A stretch of DNA of 64,000 nt from Lytechinus pictus (lineage: Eukaryota): assembly GCF_037042905.1 (NCBI RefSeq), contig NC_087245.1, positions 6,636,001 to 6,700,000 on the forward strand, given 5' to 3'. Every line of letters starts with the position of its first letter. Positions within the stretch are counted from its first letter, which is position 1. Made by a program: the position numbers and the translations under genes. Below, one piece after another: positions 47,510 through 62,100 of this stretch. The notes beneath the pieces are model-generated. The model did no database searches, was not told the origin of the DNA, and was given only the letters and a program-made list of their open reading frames with translations.

Positions 47510-49125
47510 AACTGGCCAGCAAAAGAAAGTACTCAATTCTTTCAAAGGCAGCACACAAACATTCACCCCATAGAAATAAACAATTTTGTACACAGGTATG
47601 GTGCAATATCCATTAGTAATCACATACCCAACAGGAAGTGATTATCTTTATTACAAAGAAATAAAATGACATGTACAGCAAATTGGTCACTGAATCAAAA
47701 GTCACAAAATGTAACAGAATGAGCCGTCCAGGTTTTACACAAAAGTCAATGTCAACGCACTGTAGAGATGAAAATCCATTCAAATCAAGCCCTATACTTC
47801 TGTAGTAATGGTACTGTGAGATAACATGGTTTGAGTCGTGGTTTGAAATACCCATGCATGTTTGTTTGTTTGTTATGTTTTTGCTTGTACAGAGATGTGT
47901 TTGATTCCATGTTAATGTTGATGTTAAGGTGCATGAAAACAATTAAAAGAAACCGCTGCGAAACTCACTCATCACCACTGAAAAAAGAACAGTGACACAA
48001 TATTGTGTAATTTTGCAACTTTTGAATTTTGACCTTGCCCCTCATTTCAAGGCACTGCACCTCCATGTGAACCATAATCATATCATGTAGGGTATAATTT
48101 TAAAGAGAATTGATTGTTCTATTCATTGTTATTAATTACACATTGATATTTACTAAAACCGAGGAGGGATTATCGGTCAAAGTCAGATTTCCAAACATTC
48201 AGAGATAGATTTCACAATTATTAAACATGTTTTTTACTAGAAATTTGATACTCGAGGCAGGAGTGGAATCTTATCTAGCATTTGAAATTAAGAGCTAAGC
48301 AAATCGTTCACGCATGGCAGATTACATACAATATATATTGAGGCAATGAGGAATTATCGATCAAAGTAAAAAAAAAAAAACGCTGAGAAACTCACTCATC
48401 ACCACGGAAAAAAGAACAGTGACTTTCAATATTGTGTCATTTTGCAACTTTTGAATTTTGAATTTGCCCCCCATTTCAAGGCACTGCACCTCCATGTGAA
48501 CCATAATCATATCATGTAGGGTATAATTTTAAAGAGAATTGATTGTTCTATTCATTGTTATTAATTACAAATTGATATTTACTAAAACCGAGGAGGGATT
48601 ATCGGTCAAAGTCAGATTTCCAAACATTCAGAGATAGATTTCACAATTATTAAACATGTTTTTTACTAGAAATTTGATACTCGAGGCAGGAGTGGAATCT
48701 TATCTAGCATTTGAAATTAAGAGCTAAGCAAATCGTTCACGCATGGCAGATTACATACAATATATATTGAGGCATATCATAAACGATTTGTGCAGAAACT
48801 CACGTGTGAATCTGAATCCACTCTCATTTCAGGGATCAGTGAGAGAAACTTAAGAAAGAATACAAAAGAAATGCTAATGAGCCAATCGTCAAATAAACAC
48901 GGAAGTCGTATCTCGAACCAATCTTGTCCCATTTTTCTGCGCAACCTGGTTTTGACATTACAATTTCAAACTCCTCTTGCTTATTAATGCGTGACGTTTT
49001 CGTCTCATGTTAGGTATGAAAATAAGGAGGAATAATTGAATTGTATGTAAATGAAATATCGTAATTTATTTGCCTTTGAAGAAAAGACATGGGAATCACG
49101 GTTTCTTATTTTCTGGGACGCACTG
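47510..49125. mobile_element. Tc1/mariner-type non-autonomous element with an internal about-429-bp tandem duplication
   Basis: Ends TTTTCTGGGACGCACTG; 47954-48345 is repeated at 48381-48774; homologous to 967-1474; left boundary approximate. Confidence 0.6.
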
Positions 49126-49199
49126 TGTGTGTATATATATAAATATAGGAAGATACCCAATTACCCAGCCTTTACATGATTTACAAAATATGAATAGAG

Positions 49200-49757
49200 T
49201 GTCCCGTTTTCAGGCCTGAATCTCATTTTTTTTTTTCGCTCGCGCTCGCATCAATTGTTTAGTTATAAACCTATCCCGTTCATGATTACAAAGAGTGCTT
49301 AGAATGTCGATTTTTTTTAGGTTGGAATGTCAAAAAAATTCAGCTCGGGCTTCGCGCTCGCATAATTTTATTGTTGAAATATGAATTGTCTTCATGGCTA
49401 ACTGCAAACAGTCCTTAACAGGTCCAGTTTCGATCAGGCAAGAACGTATATTTACAAATTTCTACTCGCGCTTCGCGCTGACAGTAATTATCTAGTGTTC
49501 AGGATCACAAACATTGCCCAGAATGTTCTAATTTCAGTACAAAATAAATGAAATTTCCTAAAAATATTATCTCGCGCTTCACGCTCGCACTAATTAAATA
49601 GGACTTATGATGTTTTGTTGCTTTATAAGAACATAGCTAAGAAGTGACTGACGGAACAAACAAAAATAAACTTTGAGCGGCTAATCGGGGAAAATATGGG
49701 TGAAAAACTTTTCGCCCCCCCCCCCCTCCCCATTGGCGAAAGCTTAATCCTCCCCTG
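49200..49757. repeat. Repeat with periodic CGCGCTTCGCGCTCGCA motifs and a GC-rich terminus
   Basis: Motif variants at about 49237, 49344, 49466 and 49572; the end resembles the reverse complement of 16035-16190. Confidence 0.55.
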
Positions 49758-52700
49758 TGTGGGGTGAGAAGAAGGAATTAAAGAGGGAATGAGAATATCC
49801 TAAACAACTTTGATATTTGCCACCTGGAGACAGATTGATTTATATACATGTATGTAGATTTCATCAGTTGAGTGGTTACTGACCTCCTTACTCCTGAAGC
49901 AGGACATCTTCTTTCTCACAAATTTAATAGCAATAATAAAGTGCAAACGAACGGTCATTATTCGTATATTCAAAGTCCATCGGATACGAAGGGTCATTAG
50001 CCGACCTTATGCTAACTTTGTTATCGAATGTCAATATCATGAGGACAAGTCCTGCGTATCTTCATAGAAATTCATACGAAATAGGTATCATATCACATGC
50101 ACACTTTCAATAAAATGAAATATGTAATTCATTAAAAAAAATCTAGACAAGAGACAGGGGATATATTCCTCCAATTTACATATACTTCTTTAAAAAAACA
50201 TGATAGCAATCTTAATTCCAGATTTCCAACAAGTGACAATGGGCGATGAATAAATATTTGAACATCGCCCATGTCAAGTGATAAAGTCAAATAATAAATT
50301 GAATGCAACTAGAGTAATTATTCTCAAACCTGTCCATTGATACATGTTTTAAAGGTAAATCGCTAGGTTCTAAAATATAATGCAGTTTTGAGATGTACTA
50401 ATAAAATTAAAAAGTGAAAGGGCCTACTGAAAAGCAAAGCTTGTAAGATGTAGACCCCCTATCGAAAAAAAAATGTACAAAAGTAATATGATATATAAAT
50501 TTAGCAAACTTCTATAAATGTATGTAGATACTGTAACACGAATGTATATACACTGTCAGTACAAAATTATATATTGACTTTAAAATATTCAACACTACCG
50601 TGGATAAGTATAATATTTGAGTAGATCAGTAAGAATTCAGAAGAATTTTTTTGATGAGTATTTTAAATCGATTAAGATTAGCTCTTTTATCACACTGTCC
50701 ACAGATTTTCAGATTTTGGGTCCTGTGAAAAATACAGTTTTGCTAGAAAATAATGTTTTTAGGTGAGTGATAGTCATTTGACTGTCTATTATTATATGAA
50801 TGCAAGGTATTATTTCTCATGAATTTATTTTGTAGGACATTAGGTATACTATTTCTACCTAGCTGATACATGAATTGGAAAAGTTGTAAGCGGTACTGGT
50901 CACTGTAACATGGAATGAGGAATTAGAAAGAGTATGGTATGTATTCTCATCTTACAATCTCTTTGCATGCAGAATGAAAGTACGACTTTTTAAACGGAAA
51001 TTTGCCAATTCGAATGTGTTTTGATAATATAGTGTTACATCATTATGGGCATGATATAGCATTTTTATGTCGATTATTGAAACTTTCTTTAATTTTGATA
51101 CAATTGAGGAGTGATTACAAGTCATACGAAATTTTGCACGATGGTATGCATTGCCAAGTATTTCATTAGCTATTTTTTCTTTAAGGAATTGATTAAGAAT
51201 AACACTATAGAATTATACTGCAGCGAGCAAGAGTTTCATTTTAAACTCGACAACACAAAGAAATTAAAAATAATTACACAATGACAACCTTTAATACAAA
51301 TCAATATAATAATTCATACAATCTGGCAATAAGTAGTATGATTACCATGCTCAACAAAAATGATACGATGAAAGCAATAGTTATAGTAACATTAATGAAA
51401 CTTTGAATGATTTAAAGTCGAAGTATGACATTTTTTCTTCATCGTACCTTAAGCTTAATTTTGTAAAACGTAAACAAATCGGTGATTTCCTTCATGAATT
51501 CCAGCAGTTTTATGGCAAAGACTTGTATTCTGCACAAGGGGTAGGGAACGCTGACCAATTGTTTGTCAAAAAGTTGACCACATATCGGTGTATTGATCAA
51601 CCAACATAGAAAGAAAACAATATGTAATACTCTCTTCCAGTATTGTTTAGACAGACGAATGGTCTCTACGACCACAATATTCGAGGGGGAGGGCGAGGGC
51701 ATTCTTTCCCGGTCACAACATGATGAAAAATAATCCGGCCGTGTTAGGATTATGACATTAAAAATTAACTTTAAGTCCATTAAACTGTCCCTCTTTATCT
51801 CCCTCTTTCAACACACTAAATGAAAGCCCGGACCCTTTAATTCCTGTACCAGTCCTTCTCTAACCCCAAGTATCATTGGGTTCTCAAACAAACTTCTATT
51901 TATCCTGTGAGATTGTTGTCCCTAAATAATATTGTAAGAACCCCTGTCACCTGGTCTTTTTTTCTACAGCAAGAAACTTTATGAAAAGCCAATCACGAGA
52001 CAGTAATGTCAACTTTGGACTTTTCAGTGGCGTAAACATCTTTCTGTATTGTGATTAGCCAAAATGAGGGTAAAAGTCGTATGGTTGAAACACAGGGATT
52101 TACGATACGTATTATTTTCTTATTCATTCACGTCATCGGCGAAAATCATATAAGACTACCGAGTACTATGAGTCCGAAGGCCATTCATCCAATCTAAGGT
52201 AATTCATTTAATTTAATTATGATATCATGATTTTGATTGTCGAGGTTTAATCTACATATAGTAATGACATGTGGTTGTTATGATTTTTTTTGCTCCAAGG
52301 AGACTGTTACATAAATTGACAGGTTGCTTTGGGGTATTATGTTCATACATACAATATAAGCATATTAATTAATGATTACAATATCCCTATCTCTCTATCC
52401 TCCCCTCTCTCTCTATGTATATACACACATGTGTGTGGGTGTGTGTGTATTTGCATCGTCATCATGATCATCTACAGTACATAATCCCATATTCTGATCA
52501 TTAGACTTGGACCGAAAAGTCAGAAAAACATGTTTTCATTCCAATGTTTTACTATTTTGTTTTATATTTTACTCAATAGTTCACTTATTCAAACCAGAGC
52601 TCAAAATTATTTATCTTTTTTCTCCTTACCATGGATTTAGCACAAAATAGTGATCGATCTACTTAATGCATCAAACAAATAAGGTCAAGACATGCATGTG

Positions 52701-54091
52701 TCGAAGCTTGCATGGGAATGGCATAATTCGAGAGCGGAACCGCCCTAAAAAGTAAAAGTATAGTTTGAAGACACGGGATAAGGGGCGGCTTTGGGGGCTC
52801 ATTCACCCCCTCCCAAAAAATGTATTGCTCTCAAACCTCTGTCAATTTGGAGCAATAACCTTGCTTTGTTAACCTGGTTTCCAGAGGGGGTGCTGTCTGT
52901 AAATAACATACGCAGCTGCACCCCCTGAAAAATCTTGGGGTGTTTAAGCCCCCCCCCCCCCCGCCTCCTAGGGCCATTAACAGGCATCGCGAGAATTGTT
53001 AAAGTTAGTCAGTGATGCCGCGCGCACAATAAGGAACAAGAAACATCGTCTTTTCCACTCCTTTCTTGCCCCGTAAATCAAATTAAAAGACAGTGTTAAT
53101 ATGACTATATTGCGTAGGCTACTATGCTATAATACAGGACGGCGATCCCGAGGATCATGTTCCTTTGATCACCTAATTCTATTCAGGAATATTGATGATT
53201 TAAGACGCACATTGAGTTGCAGGTTTATAATAAAGTGCTTCAAAACTTTGATTATATTATGGAATCGACGTTACAATAATCAGTGCAATCAATCGTAGAA
53301 TTCATTCCCACTATCAATCGCTTAAGCCTTGATCAAGCTCTTCAGACGAGATGACTTAACCCTGCCTAGCCCGCATGCACTTTATTTTCAAACAATCACT
53401 GGATTCTAACATTCCACAATAAACAGTGGTATTTTCATATCGTCACAGCTCAGCACGCATTCATAGTAGAATCCTAAATGCTTAGTACATTTCATTGTCT
53501 TTCTTTTCTTCTGAATCATGTTGACATTCCACATTTCATGTTGAACAAGTATATTCTAGCAAAGCTACATACCAATGTCCCTTTGTTTAGCTAATAAACA
53601 ATCGGCTGATAATGCCACTCCCTGACTGAGATCAAGTTCGAAAGTATATTTAAAACAGTAATATTTGAAACAAGTCAACAAATGGAAAAAATGAAAAAAG
53701 AAATATTTGAAAATCATAATGTTAATAATATTTTGAGGTAATATTCAGAAAATAACATATCTTACTATGTTTTCCTTTCCCTTTCTTTCTCTCTCTCTCT
53801 CTCTCTCTGCTTTCTTTTACCTTAGTAGTGGATCTTTTGTGGCTATGGCTCCAGCACCCCTATCTGTACGTCAGTGTCTTGCAGAAGGAATTGCAGAGTA
53901 TTTTTGATAGAGTCATCCCTTTTCGATAGTCTTTACTAGCTTAACTCGCCCCATCTCGTTTTTCCCCCAATATTATATGGATGGGGAAGGATTGGGAGGG
54001 AATGTGTTAAAGGATATTGTGAGCAGAGCTAATAAATAAAGTCTCCATATCACCTCCTTTCTAGTATTGTTCATATACCCAGACGCACATT

Positions 54092-54291
54092 CAAGGGCGT
54101 AGGCTGGTTTGAGTATGGGGAGGTGGAACTAAACTTGGTATATGGGGGTGCACATCTCGGGGAGGTGGAATTAAGATTTGGAAAATCAGCTGTTGAACGC
54201 AGAAGGGGTAGAAATTTCGTTTTGCTTGCCGGTGTCGGAACTCTTCTGCCTCAGAGGGAGGGTGCACGTGCACCCACAGCCTACGCCCTTG
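54092..54291. mobile_element. 200-bp MITE upstream of SLCO copy 2
   Basis: Perfect 15-bp TIR CAAGGGCGTAGGCTG / CAGCCTACGCCCTTG; no clean TSD. Confidence 0.65.
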
Positions 54292-55720
54292 CGATTGTTA
54301 TCATATGTTGTACTTTAAAAACCTTGTAACATAATTCAAAGAAAACAAATGAATACCTTATTTTAATGACATCGAGAAGCCTTCAAACAGCTATGATCCC
54401 AGTATCCTCGAATAGATCTCCATAATTATGGCTTCACCATGGAGGGAACCCTTAACAGTGTCAGGTGCTGGTATCAGCTCAGCTTTGTCTGTTTGTTTAA
54501 ATCTGTTCTGGCAGTATAAGGGCTGGAATTCACTTGTTACCGTCGATCGTAGTATTAATATCCAAAGCCTTATTCACGGCGTTAAAGCACCTCGTATGTG
54601 ATTGGCAGCGAGTAGTTTTAAGTCTACATGCTGAGCTCCATCTGCTAATTGTCATAGGTAACAATAGAAAGAGGGTACACTTGTTAAACTTCTTGCAAAC
54701 AAGCCTCTATCCACGGGCCTCGTGATTTAGCATATATAGGCCTAGCTAACGGAGATTCATTTCGCGGGACAATAAATCTGGATTTATATTCCTAAGAGTG
54801 AAAATTTTTGTTCACGTGAAAAGGCATGACTAGATTGGAAGATTCGATCGAATGAAGAGATGTGCAACATGTGAGTATTATACTCAAAACGACATTAATC
54901 AGGCAAAATTATAGGCCTTGCTATGGATCCTATACTAGTACATGATCCATGGTTTTACCTATATAAAAGGCATTGACATGCAATAATTGACGAGCAATGA
55001 AGAATAAATTGGAGTTGCATTGCATTCGCTACTGAGTCATTCCCTCTGAATTATATTTATTGAAAATCGAAGGCAGTGATATTTTCGAATTGGTGAGATG
55101 GTGATCAATGGAAGCCTAGGAGAGATTGCACAATTATTAGTTAATCGAAAACGATTCGACGTAAAGAAATTTTTTTAATACAATCAAACTGTTCATGACT
55201 TATGGTTGTTTTCTTCGTGTTACCAAATCTCTTCAACTGACACAACAAATATGCGCATTTCAATGAGAAGTTACATAAACGAAAATACTTTTCTAAAGAG
55301 GTCCTTCATATACGCATAATAACTTCAATGATTTACGAAAGTAAATAACTTCAGTGGGCAAATTAGAATACCCGGACTATAATAGTTTGTTATACAATTT
55401 CGATGCCCATTATGAAGAATGAGCACTAGTCGGGCGAGAGGCAACAGTAAATCTTACAAAAGAAAACTAAACCAAAGTCTGTTATCTGCATAATTCGGAT
55501 GAAACTTGACTCACGGCCTAGATTCCGAATCCTTCCTGAGTTTTCTCGCATTCGCGGAGGGAGAATACTTTGTAATCCTGCATCGCGGGGAATAACAAAC
55601 TCTCTTAGAAGTCTAGTATTGAACCATTCAGCATATAAGGGTATAGAAATCCATAACATGATGTGATTTTGTTAACCAAATATATTCCTATACTTTCTCT
55701 CTCATTTCAGCTCCATCAAA

Positions 55721-56158
55721 ATGGCCATCGCCTCCTCCCAATCCTTCACAACAAAACCAGATATTCCTTACGACGGATGCAAGTACAGTGAAGTAACAAC
55801 CGCTGAGGAGGGTGATGATGGGACTCAAAGTAACGAGAAGAAATTGGTCCATTCCGAAACCATGGAAAGTCCGGGTTGCAGTACGGTCGGTGACGAGAAT
55901 GATAGGATGATACAGCCGGGTTTAGAGAATGGCGGAAGAAGTCTTAATAATAGAGGAGCGGAAGGAGAAGAAGAAGTATGCAGATATACATTAGAAGAAG
56001 GAGAAGTAGGAGATACTGACACCAAAGAGAAGCTAGATATAGATCCCGATCCTGGATCATTAAGATGGGGTTGGGGAAGATGGACTCCAAAGTGCACACA
56101 GCGGTTTAACACGCCACCTTGGCTTTTGGTTTTCTTAAGCGCACTCGTATTTTTCCAA
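55721..56158 (+). CDS. SLCO copy 2 coding exon 1
   Basis: aaaATGG start after an acceptor at 55710; acidic N-tail, WGWGRWTPKCTQRFNTPPWLLVFL..Q|gtaag. Confidence 0.87.
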
Positions 56159-59100
56159 GTAAGAATATACACGTTTCATGTCTTTTACCAATGGGTGATT
56201 CACCCGGGTTGTACTTTGTAGTTTCTTGTGTATTTATTTATTTTTGAATTATCGGTAACAATTTCCTATTGTATCAGTAAAAAGTTCATCCACATTATAA
56301 CTTTCATTTTGTCATTCTATGCATTGGATTTTTGAGATTTATCATTAAATCTTGTCTCCCATGATTTGCAATTCAGTTTTGATAATTTCAAGTTATGACG
56401 ATCTTGTCTGCATGAGTAGACTTCAAGACAATAATATGAAAGAAAACGATATGATTTGAACAGATAAAATAAAATGAGACAAACAAAATTTTACCTAAAT
56501 CGGATGAGGAATAACAAAGCTATGATATTTTAAAGTGTTTTCTAACACTTATTCTATGTACGTCTTCATGCAATGAGCAAGCTGATGATATCATAACCAC
56601 ACTCACTCCTTTGATGTTTTATATGAATTTACATTTATTCAAATTTTATCGACCAATAACGAAAAATGTTAGATTGACAACTGATTTGATGCGCGAGATA
56701 ATCCTAGCTGCGAACAATTTCGTAACAAGAAAGACATTTCGTACACACATGTACGAAAATATTAAATAATTATGATTTCATTTAATAACATAAGAAGGAG
56801 GAAAGTGGGGACATGACATCGTCATCAGTTCATATTGAATATTCATGATGACGTCCATGATAACTGCTTTTTTTTTTACAAAATAATGCTTAACTTCAAA
56901 AGTCAATAATTTTGTTATTTGTTATCAGATCTTGATGAAATTTCCAGCATTTTGCTCTGTGAATTTTACCCTCTTAAATATTTATAATCATTTTTAGCCA
57001 GGATTATCCCTTTAACGGCTGTCTTTCAAATTTGTTTGATATAGGGCATGGTGGGTAGCGGGCTTACCGGCAGCAATGCAACGTCAATTGAACGACGATT
57101 CCAACTTCGAAGTCAAGACTATGGTTTTCTCGTCAGCACATACGAAACCACCCATATCATCTTCACACTCTTCGTCGCTTTCAAAGGAGGGCGTGGCCAC
57201 AAGCTCAAGTGGGTTGCTTTTGGCTCATTGATTATAGGAATGAGCTCTTTTTTATTTGCGCTGCCCCATTTCACGACCGATGGATACGAGAACTTCAATG
57301 ATGAGCACGGCGATCTGGGGATCTGCGAATTCGAAGAGAATGGCGAACTCACCGTAACAGATGAGAAATGCAGAGATGGTCAAAAGGATGATAATTTATC
57401 ACGTTATATCTATCTATTTGGAGCTGCAGAGGTCCTCTTGGCAATGGGTTCTATTCCAATATACACACTTGGTATTGCAATACTTGACGAAAGTGTGACG
57501 CTTAGAAATAACGGTGTTTTTCTAGGTAAAAATATTGAAATATTTATTCATGAATCATTAATTTCGTCCTTTGGTATTTATTTGCCTAAAAACAAAACCA
57601 ATGAAATCGTACAACGTTCAAGTTTACATATTAATACCTAATCATCATAATTACAGTGAAGTTTATGAAAACTTCTGTAATTTTCTTTGCCAAGTTTCAA
57701 ACCGAAAGGGCGAATTGCATATACACGGATGGTAAGAAAGTGGCAAACACTTGTCTACTCTATCTAGTTATGAAAGTTGCCTTATATGTATCTGATGAAC
57801 TAATTGACTTTGTATGTAAGTTGACATTGCGTCATTTACATAATATCGTCATTACTGCATTAGGTAACTAATTTTACATAATTTATTGTCCCTTATTCCA
57901 GTTACTTTACTTTTCGGGGATACCTAATCACTGTTTTTATCTCTTTCTCTGATAGGTGTTTTCTATGCTGTTAGTACATTAGGGCCAGCGGTAGGGTACG
58001 TGGTAGCTGGTCTTTGTCTCACAATATTCACTGACATTCACCTTCCAGAGGGGTAAGTTCAACTTAATGTACATGATAAATCAGGGATGAAGTACTTGGA
58101 GGTACTTATATTATTTTTCTCTTCGCATTTGACATGTTTGATCTACTCTTGAAAAGTGCCCCTTAAAACACTTGAAATTCATTTAATAATGAATTCATTT
58201 TCTCAATAGTTCATATGTAGTTTACAGAAGAAAATATACGTTGCTCGTAAATCAAATATGGTGCAAAATTGAATAGGACTCTAATTCCTCGATGGTCATT
58301 TTTTTTTTGGGGGGGGGGGGTAGTTTTGTGTATTTCCACGTCTTCTTTAGAACTGAAGGAGAGGTATGGTATTTGTATCTTCATACTATTTTTAAACGAT
58401 GATTCTATGAATCAGGTTAGATTGTAAACCTTTCTTTAGTCAAGGAAGGCCAATCGGATTTTGAACCAGGTTAATATTCTCCTATATTAGTTAATTCGAA
58501 TTATTAATTAAAGCTCTGCATACTCTCTACAGTATAATAAGCTGTACTGGAATAAGTCTCAATAGGAATGACCACGGTATCAGTTTAATTCCTCTTAAGT
58601 GCTATTCAGAGGACAGAACCTCCAAATTAAGACTGTGGATGGATATGAACATGGCCATAAGCCCCTCATTGTATCTATAATAAATTTCGCAGGGCGATCT
58701 TTGGTAGATATGGACGTATTTGTCAGTGCATACATGACGCTCTCACCCAAGGTCCCAACTGTATACTTGAATCACCTGTCGCCTTTCAATAGAGATGTTT
58801 ATCGATGTATGCGTCCCACTCATCGTATCTTGTACTTGCATCATTCATAGAGCCTGTGAATGGCGATTTGGATGGATATGGGCGTGGCTTTTGTTAGTCT
58901 TCCACTCATTGTATTTCGATCTCATGTTATTCTAGGGTGGAGCTTTGATGGGAAGAGGCTTACGTGGCCTTTATCGATGTGTGTTTTTCACTCCTTGTAT
59001 TTCGTTCTTAAATCATTTCTAGGGTTGACCTTACAGATGGCGATCCTGGATGGGTAGGGGCTTGGTGGATCGGTTATGTCATAGCTGGTGTCTGTATTCT

Positions 59101-62100
59101 ACTTATCTCTATTCCTCTCGGAGCATTCCCAAGGGAATTGCCCAGTAAGTATTAAAGACTGTGTTACCTATTGATAACATCTATGGTAAATGGTAGGAGT
59201 TGGAATAGGATATAACATTCCTCAATCGTTCATAATTTTAGTAATCATGTTAAATTTGTCCAAATTTGATTTTGCCGATTGTCCGTTAGAGACAAGTTCG
59301 GTTCTGCAAGGTATATATAGATTTTGTCAAAGAAAATAATCTTTCGTGAAATTGCCACCAAAGCCGATAACTTGAGGATTTGTTCTTCTTCTTTTCTATT
59401 CTTTGCGTCCAGCAACTGCCAAAATTCGATTGGAGAAGGAATGCGAGGCGCATGCCAATGCCGGGGCGGATATCACGGCACAACCGAGTTTCGGATCACG
59501 ACCCGGTGACCTGTTGAAAGCAATCAAATACATATTGGTTAACCCAACCTACATGTGCATCACTTTGGCCGGGTGTTCGGACTCTTTGATGATCACGGCA
59601 TTCGGAGTCTTTCTGCCAAAGTTCATTGAGAATCAGTTTGCAACGACGGCTACCGTAGCAACAACCATTGTTGGTGAGTTTCTCGATCGACTGCTCTTTT
59701 TCCAGGATAGTTTTCCCCTTGTATTTTGTGACACAATAATTATGTCAAGCTGATCACAAGTACGTCTGTATAATGAAGTAACAACATTGGATCAGCCTTG
59801 GGGCGGCACCGAGAAAACGTTTATTTAAAATAACTGATGAATAGAATGATATTAATGAAGGGAGCTCGGGGTAATCTTCATCTCTCCATGCACTACCTCT
59901 ATTTAAATACCAGCTCATCACGAAAATCACCCTGATAGTTTGCATGAGACGAGAGAATGGCTAGCATGCAGTTGCATGGATGTACCTTCACGAACGCTTC
60001 CCTAGACGAAGGGTTGAAGGAATTCAAGCACGCGATTTGCGGAATCATCATTAACTTATATAAATGAGAAGGGGGAGGGGGTGCACCCCGTTGTAATACC
60101 ACTGAATATTATGATATAGATGAAACATTTCTTTCTTCGGTGGTTTCAATTTTCTGTTATCCTGCCCAGGGATTCTAGCACGTGATTTGCGGAATCATCA
60201 TTAACTTATATGACTGAGAAGGGGGGATGCACCCCGTAGTAATACCACTGAATATTACGATACAGATAAAACATTCTTTTCTTCAGTACTTTCCATTTTC
60301 TTTCATCTTATCCAGGTACCTGTATTGTACCTGGTGGGATACTTGGTGTGCTATTTGGAGGTTGGATTATTCGTAGATTTCGTCTAAGTGTAGTTGGAAC
60401 GATTAAATTCTGTCTTCTGTTGACGATCATAACAACACTTACATTACCTACCTTGTTCATTAGATGCCCACAAACTGATTTAGCAGGTGTTCTAGTGAGC
60501 TATGAACACAATGAGTAAGTTTTAACGAACTTGCATGGGGTGCATAGAGCTGCATACCCCACTTGTATCGCTATTGAAAAAGTTTGGGACACAATTTCAC
60601 AAAGGTTGACGGCCCTGACGAGAAATCACTGACAATTTCAGTAAAATCCTAGATATTAATGAGAAACAATGTATATTGAGAGTACCTTTAAGATGATTTT
60701 CTCTTAATTCAATGAGGAAATAAGAATATGACATTGCAGTAAACCGTCACATAATGAGCGATAGTTTGAGAGCAGTCACATTCCAGTCGTTTTTTTTAAT
60801 TATTTTATAAATCGTCAATGATTAATGCTTCACAAAACATATGGTGTTCGTATAAGTATAAAGGAAAGCACGACTTAACACACGACTGCTCGGTGACTTG
60901 TTCTTGGATGCCAAATCATTATGTTCATAATTTGTAATTTAATATATATATGACTACCATGACTACGTTATAGGAATATATAAATCGTAAATTTCATTGA
61001 GATTAAACAATAAATCGTGTTTAGATGTTAACTGTATAACTTTATAAAAAAAAGTATGGCATTGAAGACAGACAAAAGTGTTTGTGGAAAGTCCGACAGT
61101 CAGATAAGTCTGAGGTTGAAGATATTTCGGAGTGAACTGCCGAGTAATACTTCCACTTCTCGAAGTCTCGGCAATATGTTATCAACTTTCACAGTCATTA
61201 ATAATTACTGTGCTTGGAAAAAAACAATAATGGAAATAAAAACTAATATCACCAAGGTTTTGCAATACAGAATGCATATAAAGATTAACTTCATTATTTT
61301 CTATTTCGTTAACTGCATAGGGTTTTTTTCATTCATACAGTAATCATCATTTTGAAATGGATGGTAGTTGACGGAAGCAATGTTTTTGTACTACTTTACT
61401 TTTTTTTATCTACTATACCGTTATCTTTATCCGTGTTCTCTCATTATTAGTTCTAACAGCTACTTGCACAGCGAGTTAGATTTGACCCACACTTGTAATA
61501 CAGCATGCATTTGTTCAACCGCTCGCTACCTTCCTGTGTGCCTACAAGAATATGATCTTGAATTCTTCAGTCCTTGTCATGCAGGCTGCACCATTGATTA
61601 TGAAAATGGGGTAAGAAGAAAATTACATTAAAATATCCATTCATCATTTTATTATATTTTTAAATTGATATTATCATTAATTCATCTCTTTTTTATTATT
61701 ACTTATTAATCAATTTATTACTATTATTGTTATTATTATCACCATCATCATCATCATCATCATCATTATTATTATTATTTACATTATTATTATTATTATT
61801 ATCATCATCAGCATCATCATTATTATCATTCAGTTATTGTTTTCAGTTACACTATGGGATTGGTCTATGGCCAGGCATATGGAAAACTGTTGTAACGACG
61901 GACTTCGTTTTTTTTTTTCCTTGCCTGAAAATTGGAGCTCTAGTTTTTTTTTTCTTTTCAACTGTATTACACTGTCCGTATGTAAGAAATGGGCCCCGAA
62001 ACTTTGAAAACCTATACTATCTTTTACTGAAAATTTTCATAAAATTCACCAAGTGTGCACGAAATCCTTAAATTTCACTCTATAAAATGCACAAACGCCC

